Shown: positions 1 to 9,979 of the stretch, piece by piece
Position numbering within the stretch: the first letter of the stretch is position 1
How the letters are laid out: each line of letters starts with the position of its first letter
Source: an uncultured Candidatus Saccharibacteria bacterium
Lineage (GTDB): Bacteria; Patescibacteriota; Minisyncoccia; Minisyncoccales; UBA5738
Reading direction: 5' to 3'
Length of the DNA: 64,000 nt
Assembly: GCA_964470995.1 (NCBI GenBank)
Contig: CAYYEP010000002.1
Location: 29,740-93,739 of the forward strand
The notes under the pieces: generated by a model
The model's database searches: none
Seen by the model: only the letters and a program-made list of their open reading frames with translations
Told to the model about the DNA's origin: nothing
Program-made: the position numbers and the translations under genes

Positions 1-65
1 GGATTTTATTTTTCCCAGAAACACCAAAAGATATTTAAATTTGTTATTTTTAACGCGCGCCTTGC

Positions 66-362
66 TTAGCTGTTTATCTCGTTGCGCCCCAACCACGCGG
101 AAAACAATGTCGCCCAAATCACAAACGGAAAAAACACCAGCGACAACGCCCCGTAAATCACATAACGTCTCTCGAAATTTATCGAAATGCCGATCAGCGA
201 TAATATAACAATCACCGCCAAAGGCGTATACCACACCGGATCAAAAAATATCGCCCACAATATCCCCGCCCCCAAAAAACCAACGCAAAAATCAAGCTTT
301 TTTAAAAGCTTCTTGTCGCGGTAAAAATCGTAATCGAACCTTTTTGCGGGCATTCCGTACAT
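66..362 (-). CDS. small integral membrane protein, unknown function
   Basis: 98-aa ORF with three hydrophobic segments (GFLGAGILWAIFF, LAVIVILSLIGISI, LVFFPFVIWATLF). No family recognised. Confidence 0.45.
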   Translation of the reverse strand: MYGMPAKRFDYDFYRDKKLLKKLDFCVGFLGAGILWAIFFDPVWYTPLAVIVILSLIGISINFERRYVIYGALSLVFFPFVIWATLFSAWLGRNEINS

Positions 363-537
363 ATTAAGGTATTCTATTCACACCCCACCATAGATACGCA
401 CTGGTAATGGGAATTCTTCAAATCGGTTAATTCCTAAATTACGCACCAAAAATACGGGTCTTGTAATCTAATTTGAATATACTAAAAAAAATATTTTGTC
501 AATAGCAACAGGTTCCGGAAAAATAGTCTTATAACGG

Positions 538-645
538 TTAGCGTCCATTAGTAATATTCTTATCCGATTTTAAAGACCAATAAAAAACTAAAACTGCCGG
601 CCCCAAAAAACCAACTAAAAATTCGATAATTTTTGCAAATTTCAT
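538..645 (-). CDS. possible 35-aa hydrophobic peptide directly downstream of fpg
   Basis: ATG at 645 lies 1 nt after the fpg stop (647-649). Hand translation: MKFAKIIEFLVGFLGPAVLVFYWSLKSDKNITNGR. It is below the ORF-track cutoff. The upstream part of track ORF 538..807 overlaps fpg and is not credible. Confidence 0.25.
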   Translation of the reverse strand: MKFAKIIEFLVGFLGPAVLVFYWSLKSDKNITNGR

Positions 646-646
646 A

Positions 647-1450
647 TTATTTTTGGCATTTAGGGCAGTAAAATGTGCTCCGGCCGGATTGTTTTTTGCG
701 CGCCACCTCGCCGGAACAGCCAAAACATTTCTGGCCGTCGCGCTGATAAACAAGAAAATGCTTCTGATAACACCCCGTGCCGCCATCCAGCTGGCGGTAC
801 CACTCATCCTTGCCCGAAGATCCCTTGCATTCGATGGCCTTCTTTAAAATTTTTTGTATCGCCTCGTAAAGCGCACCGGCTTCTTTTTGGTTTAAAGAAT
901 TTGCCGCCCGGAACGGATCGATCCGCGCCGCAAAAAGCGATTCGTTGGCGTAGATATTCCCAATACCCGCGATCTTGGCTTGATCCATCAGCAATATCTT
1001 TATCGGTCTGCGCGTTTTTTCCAGCACCGCCGAAAAATTATCCAAAGTAAAGCTATCCGTAAACGGCTCTATAGCGCCGTTACTTTCTTCCTTGTAATTC
1101 TTTACCAGTCGCATCCACGCGAATTTTCGCGAATCGTTGAACAGCAGCCGCGTTCCGTCGCTAAAATATAAAATTACCCGCGTAAACCGCCGGCCGAAAT
1201 TTTCACCGGCCTTTTCCAAAAAAAGCTGGCCGTTAAGCTTAAAATGAATCAATAACGCGCTGCCGTCATCCAGCAGTATCCGAAGCACCTTGGCTGTCCT
1301 CCCCGCGCCAATGATTTTTTTTCCGGCCGGCGCCTCGGCATTGCCTTCAAACATTTTTGACTCAAGCACCTCAACGCAATCGATAGTTTTACCCGTCACC
1401 GCCGCCTCCAGCTGTCTTTTAATTGTCTCCACTTCCGGTAGTTCCGGCAT
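647..1450 (-). CDS. mutM: formamidopyrimidine-DNA glycosylase (Fpg/Nei family)
   Basis: 267 aa. N-terminal catalytic MPELPEVE, H2TH motif GIGNIYANESLF, C-terminal zinc finger CFGC...CPKC. Confidence 0.9.
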   Translation of the reverse strand: MPELPEVETIKRQLEAAVTGKTIDCVEVLESKMFEGNAEAPAGKKIIGAGRTAKVLRILLDDGSALLIHFKLNGQLFLEKAGENFGRRFTRVILYFSDGTRLLFNDSRKFAWMRLVKNYKEESNGAIEPFTDSFTLDNFSAVLEKTRRPIKILLMDQAKIAGIGNIYANESLFAARIDPFRAANSLNQKEAGALYEAIQKILKKAIECKGSSGKDEWYRQLDGGTGCYQKHFLVYQRDGQKCFGCSGEVARKKQSGRSTFYCPKCQK

Positions 1451-1563
1451 ATTTAATAAATTAAAATTGACTCCGCAAAACCATAAATAAAAAATTAATT
1501 TGTCTTTGCGGTTGTTTTTATCGGCTGATTTTAAGAATTCCCGTCCCTCAGCCCTGATCTTCT

Positions 1564-1598
1564 CTTATTGTCTCCACCTCCGGCAGTTCCGGCATATT
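1564..1598 (-). repeat. orphan copy of the fpg start region (stub 1)
   Basis: Minus strand reads ATGCCGGAACTGCCGGAGGTGGAGACAATAAG = MPELPEVETIR. The frame closes after 15 codons. The 35 bp are identical to 1701..1735. Confidence 0.8.
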
Positions 1599-1700
1599 TA
1601 ATTGATTAAAATAAATCCGCTGAACGCAAGGAAAAACGCAACCCATTTTATGCTTTTCTTTTTTTAAAAGCTTTTTCTTGTCAATCTATTGTATCATTTT

Positions 1701-1735
1701 CTTATTGTCTCCACCTCCGGCAGTTCCGGCATATT
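1701..1735 (-). repeat. orphan copy of the fpg start region (stub 2)
   Basis: Identical 35-mer located 137 bp from stub 1. Encodes MPELPEVETIRK then stop. Confidence 0.8.
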
Positions 1736-1747
1736 AATTGTTCTTGG

Positions 1748-3253
1748 TTAACGTCGCACTAAATCCAGAACGTATTTTTCGACCGGCGCCAGATCATCGG
1801 TCAGCACCGGCGCCCGAACCGCCCCCGCCATATCGATGCGAGTTTTAAGATAACCGTCTAAAAACGGATCCAAATTAGTCCATTGCGGCTCCTGCGTCGA
1901 TTTTAACGCAACCAGCACGTAATTGGAAACTTCATCGGCATCAGTTTCGGCGTTGGTCTTAAAAACATAAACCTGTCTAAACACTTGCTTATAGGTAGCA
2001 TACATTGAACGCAACATCTTGCTTTTGGCGCCCTCGCTCGAAGACCCGACATTCACCAATACCGCCCCGTCGCTATCCAGCGCCATATCGATTTTTCGCG
2101 CCGCTTCAACCGTCGCCAAATGAAACGGCGGCGAAATCGAATCGAAAGCGTCAATATAAACGCAATCGTACTTTGTTTTGTTTTGATTCAAAAAAACCCT
2201 GCCATCCGCGTTTATTATCGTCAACCGCGCGTCATCCTTCAAGTTAAAATATTTTTTTGAAATTTCGGTTAACCCGGGATCGATCTCAACCACATCGATA
2301 GTCGCCTCCGGATACGATTTTAAAAAACCTTTTGGAAAAGAATACGCGCCGCCGCCAATCATTAGCGTTTTTTTAATACCCGGATTAAAATGATCTCCCA
2401 ATAAAAAATATTTGCAATAAGGAGTAACCAACTCGTCGCTAGGATGCCCGCCGTATATATTCATCAGCGATTGGCCGCTAAACCGGTCGATACCCAGAAC
2501 CCGCGTTGTTAGCAAACTGTTCACCTTGATATCTTTCACCTCATAACGGGTATAGGCGGTATCGAATGTCATTACCGGCGGAGCCGCTGTACGCGACCCC
2601 AAAAAAAACAACCATAGAACGGCCGCCGCCAGCGTTGCCGCCTGCCACAACCGGAATTCCTTAAAATCAACCGCCATTGACGCCCCCGCCAGCGTTGCCG
2701 CCATCAAGACATTTATCTGTTCCGCCGGAAGAATACCGATCATCCAAAATCCGGAAATAAAAGTTCCAAAAATACTGCCGATGGTCGAAATTGCGTAAAG
2801 ATTTCCTACCTCCCGGCCGCTTTTCTGAATTTCATCGATCTTTAGGCGCGCCGCGTAAGGTGAAATGATCCCAAGTATCATATTGGGCACCGCAAAAAGC
2901 GCCAGCGCCGAAAATAACGCCCCCCAGCGGACATCGGTCGCGTTCGCGATCCAATCACCCGCGTCAAGAATCGCGCCTTTGCTCCCGGCCATCGCCAAAA
3001 CCGCCAAAGCCGCGCATAGTATCGTAAACGCCAGTATCCCCCGGCGGGGATTCAGCGTCGAAATCCTCCCTCCCAGCCAGTAGCCCAAACTTAAACTCCC
3101 CAGTATCACCCCAATGATACTGGACCAAACATAAAGCGAGGTGCCAAAATAAGGCGCCATGAAGCGCGTCCCCGCAAGTTCTAAAATCATCACTACCGCT
3201 CCGCAGATAAAAACCGCTATCTCCAGATTATATTTTTCGGTTGGTAATTTCAT
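1748..3253 (-). CDS. membrane-fused spermidine synthase-like protein
   Basis: 501 aa. A polytopic membrane N-terminal half of about 200 aa is fused to a spermidine-synthase-like Rossmann domain (MIGGGAYSFP, VVEIDP, VYIDAFD). Confidence 0.75.
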   Translation of the reverse strand: MKLPTEKYNLEIAVFICGAVVMILELAGTRFMAPYFGTSLYVWSSIIGVILGSLSLGYWLGGRISTLNPRRGILAFTILCAALAVLAMAGSKGAILDAGDWIANATDVRWGALFSALALFAVPNMILGIISPYAARLKIDEIQKSGREVGNLYAISTIGSIFGTFISGFWMIGILPAEQINVLMAATLAGASMAVDFKEFRLWQAATLAAAVLWLFFLGSRTAAPPVMTFDTAYTRYEVKDIKVNSLLTTRVLGIDRFSGQSLMNIYGGHPSDELVTPYCKYFLLGDHFNPGIKKTLMIGGGAYSFPKGFLKSYPEATIDVVEIDPGLTEISKKYFNLKDDARLTIINADGRVFLNQNKTKYDCVYIDAFDSISPPFHLATVEAARKIDMALDSDGAVLVNVGSSSEGAKSKMLRSMYATYKQVFRQVYVFKTNAETDADEVSNYVLVALKSTQEPQWTNLDPFLDGYLKTRIDMAGAVRAPVLTDDLAPVEKYVLDLVRR

Positions 3254-3309
3254 TTAAAAAATGCCGGCGGGAAACCGGCAACCACCGCACAAAAGCAATT
3301 TCTTTAAAA

Positions 3310-3543
3310 CTAATCAAAGAAAAAAATTTCCTCCACTTTCTTATCGAAAACCCGGGCGATATCGCAGGCAAGCTTCAGCGATGGCACGTACTTGCCCTGC
3401 TCCAGGAAAACAATCGTTTCGCGCCGCGATCCCACTATCAATGCCAGGTCCTCCTGTGTCAATTTTCTCTCGGCCCGGCACTGTTTCATACTGGTACGAA
3501 AATTGTGTTTGGCCATTTTATTTTGGTAAGAGTTCGGTGCCAA
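3310..3543 (-). CDS. XRE-family helix-turn-helix transcriptional regulator
   Basis: 77 aa. LTQEDLALIVGSRRETIVFLEQGK is a typical Cro/C1 HTH. Confidence 0.8.
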   Translation of the reverse strand: MAPNSYQNKMAKHNFRTSMKQCRAERKLTQEDLALIVGSRRETIVFLEQGKYVPSLKLACDIARVFDKKVEEIFFFD

Positions 3544-3663
3544 ATTCGTTCCAAAGCGAATTTGGCGCCAAACCCGTTAAATAACAAAAACATTTCTATT
3601 ATGTTATTTTAGCCTAACACCAAAAACAACTCCAGTACTTCTATCCACAGGTAAAAACACACC

Positions 3664-4383
3664 CTAATCCCACGAAACCGTCCCGTCGCCCGTTATCGGC
3701 ATCGGTTTCGACATCACTTCCGGCTCTTCGCGAACCGCCAACTCCCAAAACGCCTTCACCCGCGCGGCATTCTCGCGAAAAAAATTCCTCGTTCCAATCG
3801 CCGAATAAGTCCGCAAATCCGAAGGTATGCCGCTGGCTTCCAATCCCAACCCCCGCGCCAGATAAAGCGCCCGCGGCAAATGAAAACTTTGCGTCGCGAT
3901 GATCAGCGATTTAACCTTAAAAACATAACGCGCGTGATAAACGCTGTCGTAAGTGTCAAATCCAACGTAATCAAGGAAAACATCCTCTGCCGGAATTCCG
4001 TTTTCCAAAAAAAATTTTTTGGCGGCATCCACCTCATCGTAATTATCAGTACTGTAACCGCTCACCAGAATTTTATCCGCCTTGCCGGTATTGTAAACAT
4101 CCAAAGCCACCGATGCCCGATCGCGAAAAACATCTCCCATCTGGCCGCTGCTAAAAACCGACGCACCCAGCACCAAAACTGCTTGCGATTCCGGCAAATC
4201 GCCGGTATTCGTGTATATACCCCGCTTACCCGACCAGGCAACATAAACATCAGCCGCCACCAGCAAAAAAATCGCCCCAATAACAATCAACACCGTTACG
4301 GCCGCCGCCTTTTTTAATTTAGACGCCGCCGGTTTATCGCCGCCGGCAATCGCGATATTTTCATTTTTTTCGGTATTTTCCAT
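3664..4383 (-). CDS. SanA/YdcF (DUF218) family membrane-anchored protein
   Basis: 239 aa. N-terminal TM anchor, then a DUF218-like core (VLVLGASV, ILVSGYS, FLDYVGFDTYDS). Confidence 0.7.
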   Translation of the reverse strand: MENTEKNENIAIAGGDKPAASKLKKAAAVTVLIVIGAIFLLVAADVYVAWSGKRGIYTNTGDLPESQAVLVLGASVFSSGQMGDVFRDRASVALDVYNTGKADKILVSGYSTDNYDEVDAAKKFFLENGIPAEDVFLDYVGFDTYDSVYHARYVFKVKSLIIATQSFHLPRALYLARGLGLEASGIPSDLRTYSAIGTRNFFRENAARVKAFWELAVREEPEVMSKPMPITGDGTVSWD

Positions 4384-4393
4384 GGTCTCAGAA

Positions 4394-5062
4394 CTATCCT
4401 CTTACAATTCTAGGATTGGAATAGTCGTTATTATCAATCACGACATCGGCGCCATTCTGCGGCTTTGCCTCTTTGAAGTAAATTTTCTGGCCGGGAATGT
4501 AGCGCTTCGCATACACATCTTCCACTCCCTGCCCGCCGCCCAGATACTCGGCATCGCGCGTAATCGCGCGCGGTACCGTATTCGAAAAATCCGCAGCAAT
4601 AAATATTTTTAAATCCCAAAATTCTTTTAATTCCGGTCTTAAAAGAAAAACCCCCTCCATTATCAATACCGATTCCTCGGCCGCAACCCCGGAAACGCCG
4701 GGAACCGCGCTGTCAATCCGGTAATCAAAAACCGCGGTTTTATAATGCCGGTCGCCGCCCGGACCCAAAGGCGCCAGCAAATTATCGACTAACGCCCGGT
4801 TATCAAACGAATCGTAATAATACCCTTGCGCCGACATCCTTCCCTGCCGGTAACGAATCGCCCGCGAATTATGAAAACCGTCAATGGATGCCCGAATAAC
4901 ATTAATACCGCGCGCCTCCAAAAACCGGGCTAAATCATTAGCCAGCGTGGTCTTTCCCGCCGCGTCAACGCCATCAATCGCAATGCGCGCCGGATGTCCG
5001 GGTTTCACCGCCCCGATTTTCTCCGCCAGATACTCAAATATTTTTTCTTTGCCGGTAACCAT
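4394..5062 (-). CDS. uridine kinase-like P-loop kinase
   Basis: 222 aa. Walker A IAIDGVDAAGKTT. Overall layout matches the uridine kinase/PRK family. Confidence 0.6.
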   Translation of the reverse strand: MVTGKEKIFEYLAEKIGAVKPGHPARIAIDGVDAAGKTTLANDLARFLEARGINVIRASIDGFHNSRAIRYRQGRMSAQGYYYDSFDNRALVDNLLAPLGPGGDRHYKTAVFDYRIDSAVPGVSGVAAEESVLIMEGVFLLRPELKEFWDLKIFIAADFSNTVPRAITRDAEYLGGGQGVEDVYAKRYIPGQKIYFKEAKPQNGADVVIDNNDYSNPRIVRG

Positions 5063-5203
5063 ATTGCCAAAATACTAACATAAAATAAAACGTTAATAAA
5101 CTGCCAGAGCAAAACCATAAAGTATTCCTATCGCGGCGCTAATTATTCGCGAGTCGATAAAAGGCGGGCTTAACGCCCGCCTTTCAGGTACCATAAAAAA
5201 TTT

Positions 5204-7228
5204 CTATATCGTTTTTCCGAGCAACCACACCGCCGCGGCGGACAATAGCAGGAAAACCGCCGAAAACAGTGCGACAAACAATAGATTATTCTTTGACCTG
5301 GGAACCAAACTCCAAGACGAATATCCTTTTGCCTTTAATTCATCAAACATTGCCTTGTCCGCCGGATCCACTTGGGCGGCGCGCCACCCGAAGAATGCCA
5401 GCACCAACGGCAAATATGCGAACGCCAAACCCAACACTGCCGATAACTGGTAAGGAATATAATAACTATAATATCCGAAATTAAAAAGATAAGAGATACC
5501 CGACAAGCCCGCTGTCATCGATAAAAACATCAGGATCGCCGCAAAAAACAGTATCTTGGCATTCCGGCGCTTTTTCCCGTAACCCTTGGCTCTGATCTTT
5601 TCAATAAGCGCACTGTCTTCTTTTTTTGCCGCCTCCCCGTTATCAGCGTGCATCGCCGCAACCGCCAGCCCCGCCAGCGTCAAGCAGTTCGCCAAACCCA
5701 ACAACACCAGCTTGCCCGGCTTTTTACGCAACCCCTTAAATAAGATCGATCCGGCAATCAGCGCCGCCCCCAGCGAACATAAAATCAGCAGAATCCCCGT
5801 TACGACCCACTTTCCTTCCGCAATCGCCCACGCCCACACCGCCTTAAGAGGCGCCTTGTCGCGAATCCAAAGATCTTCCGTTAAATATTTTGATGGCGCG
5901 TTTATCTCAATTTTGGTGTAGTTCAAGTCAGCACCCTCAAAAAAGTCGCTTTCTTTCCCCTCGGCGCTTAAATCAGAATACTCATAATAATCACTACTGT
6001 AATAACTGGTCTTTGTGAAATTATTAATCCCGTCATACACCCGCGGATCAACCAACCCGGCCACCTTGATCGTTATCGGTACGGTCTTACTCTCATACAC
6101 GCTGGTCGGCAGTAACGGAAAATAAATATTGTCAGTCGGGAAATAAACCGATATTCCTTTGACATTGTTCCTCTGCGGGTAATAATCCGGGTAATAACCG
6201 CCCGGAACCGAAGGCATTGTCGAAGGCAAAGCCTGAGCGGCCGATGTCTCTTGCGACCAGTCATCAATAAGCCCGGCTTCCCCTGAAGATATGGCAGTTC
6301 CTTCCAGCGACGAGTCGGTTTCTATCTCCGCAACCAGTTTATCAAGGGCCGCCGCACCCTCATCCGACCCCAAATAAGGTATCACCTGGTCGGCATTCAC
6401 CGTAATATCGCCGGTTAACGCGTCCTCGGCTACATCCAGTTGGGGATAATCAGTCTTCATTTCATACAATTTGCTCTGCACGCCGGGAATCCCAATATAC
6501 GCGTCCAGATTCTCTTCGATATAGGCTCTGCTGGGCCTGGTCCGCGAATTTATATTCTCCTTGGCGCCGTTATCGATCCAGGTTACCACGAACGAATAGT
6601 CTTTACCGATGTACGCATCCAATGCCGGGATCATATTCTTTTCGATCTTGAGTCCTTTTTTCTCGAAATAATCGTAAATGCCGTCCCCTGTTTTAGCGGT
6701 AATTAACTCCGACGACAAACCTTCCTTGTCCAAGTGTTCGTACACGGTCACATTGGCCTCTAACGGCCGCATATCGGAAGCCAAATTGCTTACCATACCC
6801 ATTTCATCCATCCCGCCGGGCATATATCCCCGATCATGGCCGTTCAACATAAAAAATAGCGGGTATATCTGCGAACCGAACAAAACGTCTTTGGCTTGAA
6901 CCAAACTGGCCTCCGCCGCGGAATTAATCTCCTTGCCCGTCATCAAAGGAAGATCGTCAATCACATCAATAACCACCTTGGAAGGATCCGCCGGCACCGG
7001 GAAAAGCCAAACCGCGTCATCATTCAAATTGTCGATTTTTACTCCCACAATCATCTTTTCCAACCCGTTTTGATAGTTGATAAACGCTTGTTGATCAGCC
7101 TCATCGGAATAATCCCATCCGCCCGAATATGGATCCGGATGAATAATCATCCCATCCGCCAGCACGCCTCCGATACCGGCAAATAAAAAAGCTGGCACCA
7201 GCAACCCCCAAAGCAACTTTTTTTTCAT
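5204..7228 (-). CDS. large membrane protein, unknown function
   Basis: The track ORF runs to 7312, but a signal-like MKKKLLWGLLVPAFLFAG begins at ATG 7228. About 420 aa are extracytoplasmic, followed by several C-terminal TM helices. No family assigned with confidence. Confidence 0.6.
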   Translation of the reverse strand: MKKKLLWGLLVPAFLFAGIGGVLADGMIIHPDPYSGGWDYSDEADQQAFINYQNGLEKMIVGVKIDNLNDDAVWLFPVPADPSKVVIDVIDDLPLMTGKEINSAAEASLVQAKDVLFGSQIYPLFFMLNGHDRGYMPGGMDEMGMVSNLASDMRPLEANVTVYEHLDKEGLSSELITAKTGDGIYDYFEKKGLKIEKNMIPALDAYIGKDYSFVVTWIDNGAKENINSRTRPSRAYIEENLDAYIGIPGVQSKLYEMKTDYPQLDVAEDALTGDITVNADQVIPYLGSDEGAAALDKLVAEIETDSSLEGTAISSGEAGLIDDWSQETSAAQALPSTMPSVPGGYYPDYYPQRNNVKGISVYFPTDNIYFPLLPTSVYESKTVPITIKVAGLVDPRVYDGINNFTKTSYYSSDYYEYSDLSAEGKESDFFEGADLNYTKIEINAPSKYLTEDLWIRDKAPLKAVWAWAIAEGKWVVTGILLILCSLGAALIAGSILFKGLRKKPGKLVLLGLANCLTLAGLAVAAMHADNGEAAKKEDSALIEKIRAKGYGKKRRNAKILFFAAILMFLSMTAGLSGISYLFNFGYYSYYIPYQLSAVLGLAFAYLPLVLAFFGWRAAQVDPADKAMFDELKAKGYSSWSLVPRSKNNLLFVALFSAVFLLLSAAAVWLLGKTI

Positions 7229-7587
7229 TTTTTTATGGTTGTTAATTATTTCAGTATGCTCCTTCCCGTTTAATAGAGCACCCAAAGCATTATTGGAAAG
7301 CGACTCAATCAAGATCGCCGGCGCATTTGCTCCAAAGTAGTTTATCGGCCCCCTTAATCCTATTAAGATATTATAACTCCCAAATACCCCCTCCGAATAG
7401 GTCGGTTTTCCACATCCATATCGGATACTTGTTTTTTTGCAAAAAAAATGGATTTATAGTATATAGTAAATATTAACTGGATATTACGAGGAATCCTCCC
7501 TTGGAAATGAGGGAAATTATTTTTTTTACCGCAAAAACGGTAATTCGCCTCTAAATATCCTTGGTTGCGTTCGCAAACCGCAAAAAT

Positions 7588-8286
7588 ATGCTTACCAAGC
7601 TGTTTCAACAGTTTTTCCAAAAGAACTGCGCCAAAAGCCAGGGTATTCTGCTTGTCATCACCGGCCCTAGCGGTGTGGGAAAAGACACAACCAAAGAACT
7701 CTTTGCCAAACGCAACTCCGATTTTCACAAGATCGTTACCGATACCAATCGCGCCCCGCGCGCGGGCGAAGTTGACGGAATTAACCACAACTTCTACACT
7801 GACGAAAATTTCAAAAAACGAATATCTGCCGGTAAATACCTGGAATATATCGAAGTCCGTCCCGGCGAATATAAAGGAACCAGCAAAGAAGCTATTTCGG
7901 CCATCCTTACCGGAAAAAATGTTATCTGGCAGGTTGACGAATACGCCATGGCGCATATCAAAAGCATTATTCGCGAAAATATGCCCGACCAGGCAGAATC
8001 CATCATCGATAAAACAGTTACCGTTTATATCGCCCCGGAAGACTGGGACCAACTGCGCGAGCAATATTTCTGCCGCGATAACGAAGCCAACGAAGAGAAA
8101 TTCCTTATAAAACTCGCCCGCGACCGTGAAATGTGGTGGCAATACCACGACCGCTATGATCATGTGGTTATCAATAAGAGAGGAAAAATTAACGACACCG
8201 TTGCCGCCATTGAAAAATTGGTCGCCAAAAAAGCCCAATCGCTTGCCGGAACTACTCTGGCCGCGGCCGCGGCAACAATCCATTAA
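7588..8286 (+). CDS. gmk: guanylate kinase
   Basis: P-loop GPSGVGKDT and TNRAPRAGEVDGINHNF. ATG at 7588; the track ORF starts at an alternative codon at 7561. Confidence 0.85.
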   Translation: MLTKLFQQFFQKNCAKSQGILLVITGPSGVGKDTTKELFAKRNSDFHKIVTDTNRAPRAGEVDGINHNFYTDENFKKRISAGKYLEYIEVRPGEYKGTSKEAISAILTGKNVIWQVDEYAMAHIKSIIRENMPDQAESIIDKTVTVYIAPEDWDQLREQYFCRDNEANEEKFLIKLARDREMWWQYHDRYDHVVINKRGKINDTVAAIEKLVAKKAQSLAGTTLAAAAATIH

Positions 8287-8331
8287 AACCGATTTAACGC
8301 AGTAAACTGCGATTTTTTGTTGCCAAAAAAA

Positions 8332-9039
8332 ATGGCTACGATAAAGATTGCCAAATTCATTTCCGAAGCCGGTATCGCCTCCCGCCGCAAGGCCCAAATC
8401 CTGATAGAACAGGGCTTAATTTTTGTCAACGGCAAAGTTCTAAACGATCCGGCCCGCCGCATCAACCCTCTCGTCGATAAAGTGGCATACCTGGGTAAAC
8501 CGGTTACCGCCGCCGACCTGGTTTATTATCTGCTCAACAAACCGGTAGGATATACTTCCACCACCGAAGATCCTCATGCCCGGGAGCTGGTAACCGCCCT
8601 GGTTCCAAAAGATCCCAAGGTCTGGCCGGTCGGCCGGCTGGACAAATTCACCTCGGGGATGATCGTTCTTACCAATGACGGCGAACTCACCCAGCGCCTT
8701 ACCCATCCAAAATTCGAAATCCAAAAAGAATACGAGATTATTACCAACGTACCTCTAAATTCGGCCGAAATTTCGCAAATTCAACGCGGCATGCGCCTCG
8801 AAGACGGATTTGTCAAACCCGACCGTTTCGAAGCTTTGGGCGCCAAAATTTATCGCATAACTCTGCATTCGGGGAAAAAACGAGTTGTTCGCCGTATCAT
8901 CGAAAATACCGGAAAAGCGGTTGCCCAGCTAAAAAGGATAAGGATTGGTTCCCTTACCCTAGGCACCTTGCATCCGGCAAAATGGCGACGCCTGGACTCA
9001 AAAGACATTGCCCGGCTTACCGTCCCGGTCAAACACTGA
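8332..9039 (+). CDS. pseudouridine synthase, RsuA/RluB family
   Basis: S4 domain (IAKFISEAGIASRRKA) plus catalytic GRLDKFTSGM. ATG at 8332. Confidence 0.85.
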   Translation: MATIKIAKFISEAGIASRRKAQILIEQGLIFVNGKVLNDPARRINPLVDKVAYLGKPVTAADLVYYLLNKPVGYTSTTEDPHARELVTALVPKDPKVWPVGRLDKFTSGMIVLTNDGELTQRLTHPKFEIQKEYEIITNVPLNSAEISQIQRGMRLEDGFVKPDRFEALGAKIYRITLHSGKKRVVRRIIENTGKAVAQLKRIRIGSLTLGTLHPAKWRRLDSKDIARLTVPVKH

Positions 9040-9835
9040 CGTTTTTTAAAAAAATTGCGATTTCTTCCGAAACCTGGCCGCAATTGTTCAAAACCAGAAT
9101 ATGGTTGGCGTTATCCAGTATTTTCAAACGCGAATTAGCCATTCTTTTGGCCATCAACACTGAATCTTTCACCGGAAATATCGAATCCTTCTTGCCGTGA
9201 ATTATCAGCGCCGGAATCTTGATTCGCGCCAATACGCTGTCCGGATCAAAAACCAAAGAACGGACCAGGCAATGGCGGTAAACATGAATCGATGTATTTC
9301 TCACATCCATATATATCCGCCGCAAATCCCAATCTGCATTGTAAGTAAATCTTGAGTAATCAACCTCAATTCCGTATCTTTCCGCAAATAACGGCGACGA
9401 AAAAAAATCTCCCGCCGCCAAAAACCACCGCGTCAAACACCCCCGTATGGTTTTGTTGATCCGATAATCCGGCGCCAACAGCACCAAACCGCCGACCATT
9501 TCGGGATACTTGACCGCAAAATCCAACGCCAACAGCGCCCCGAACGAATGCCCGACCAATATCATACGCTTGATACCGAACATAAGCGCCATTTCATAAA
9601 TATCGTCGGCAATGAAATCCAGCGAATAGAAATCCCCTTCCTTTTTTTTGAACGACCTGCCATGGCCACGTAAATCAAAAAACAGCAGATTGCAAATCTT
9701 GCCGAAATAAGCCTCATAAGGACTCCAGGCCCCGCAACAACCCGATATCCCGTGAATAAAAACCAAACAAGGTCTTCCGGGAGAGAAACCATTGTGGCGA
9801 AAATAAACTCCATTTTCCAAATATCCCTCTTTCAT
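9029..9835 (-). CDS. alpha/beta hydrolase
   Basis: 268 aa. Nucleophile elbow GHSFGA and oxyanion region FIHGISG. The 3' end overlaps the convergent pseudouridine synthase gene by 11 nt. Confidence 0.75.
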   Translation of the reverse strand: MKEGYLENGVYFRHNGFSPGRPCLVFIHGISGCCGAWSPYEAYFGKICNLLFFDLRGHGRSFKKKEGDFYSLDFIADDIYEMALMFGIKRMILVGHSFGALLALDFAVKYPEMVGGLVLLAPDYRINKTIRGCLTRWFLAAGDFFSSPLFAERYGIEVDYSRFTYNADWDLRRIYMDVRNTSIHVYRHCLVRSLVFDPDSVLARIKIPALIIHGKKDSIFPVKDSVLMAKRMANSRLKILDNANHILVLNNCGQVSEEIAIFLKNVSV

Positions 9836-9979
9836 TCGAGAAAGTTATTCTTTCAACAAATATATCATCAGATAAAAAACTCTTGATTGCAAACGCGCAA
9901 TTGAAATATTACCCAAATCCGCTACAATTTAACGTAGAAATTCCCCCTATTGAGATATTGCAAATGTAAAATTTTTAAC

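Noticed and set aside
1419-1740. Three spaced ~35-bp repeats considered as a mini-CRISPR array
   Set aside because: There are only three copies, the spacers are 100-110 bp, the first copy is the real fpg start, and no cas genes are present. The repeats are coding-derived.
7363-8397. 344-aa minus-strand ORF covering the whole gmk gene and the start of the pseudouridine synthase gene
   Set aside because: It is antisense to two genes with clear family motifs. Its sequence is low-complexity and Phe/Gly/Asn-rich. It is a typical shadow ORF produced by codon periodicity.
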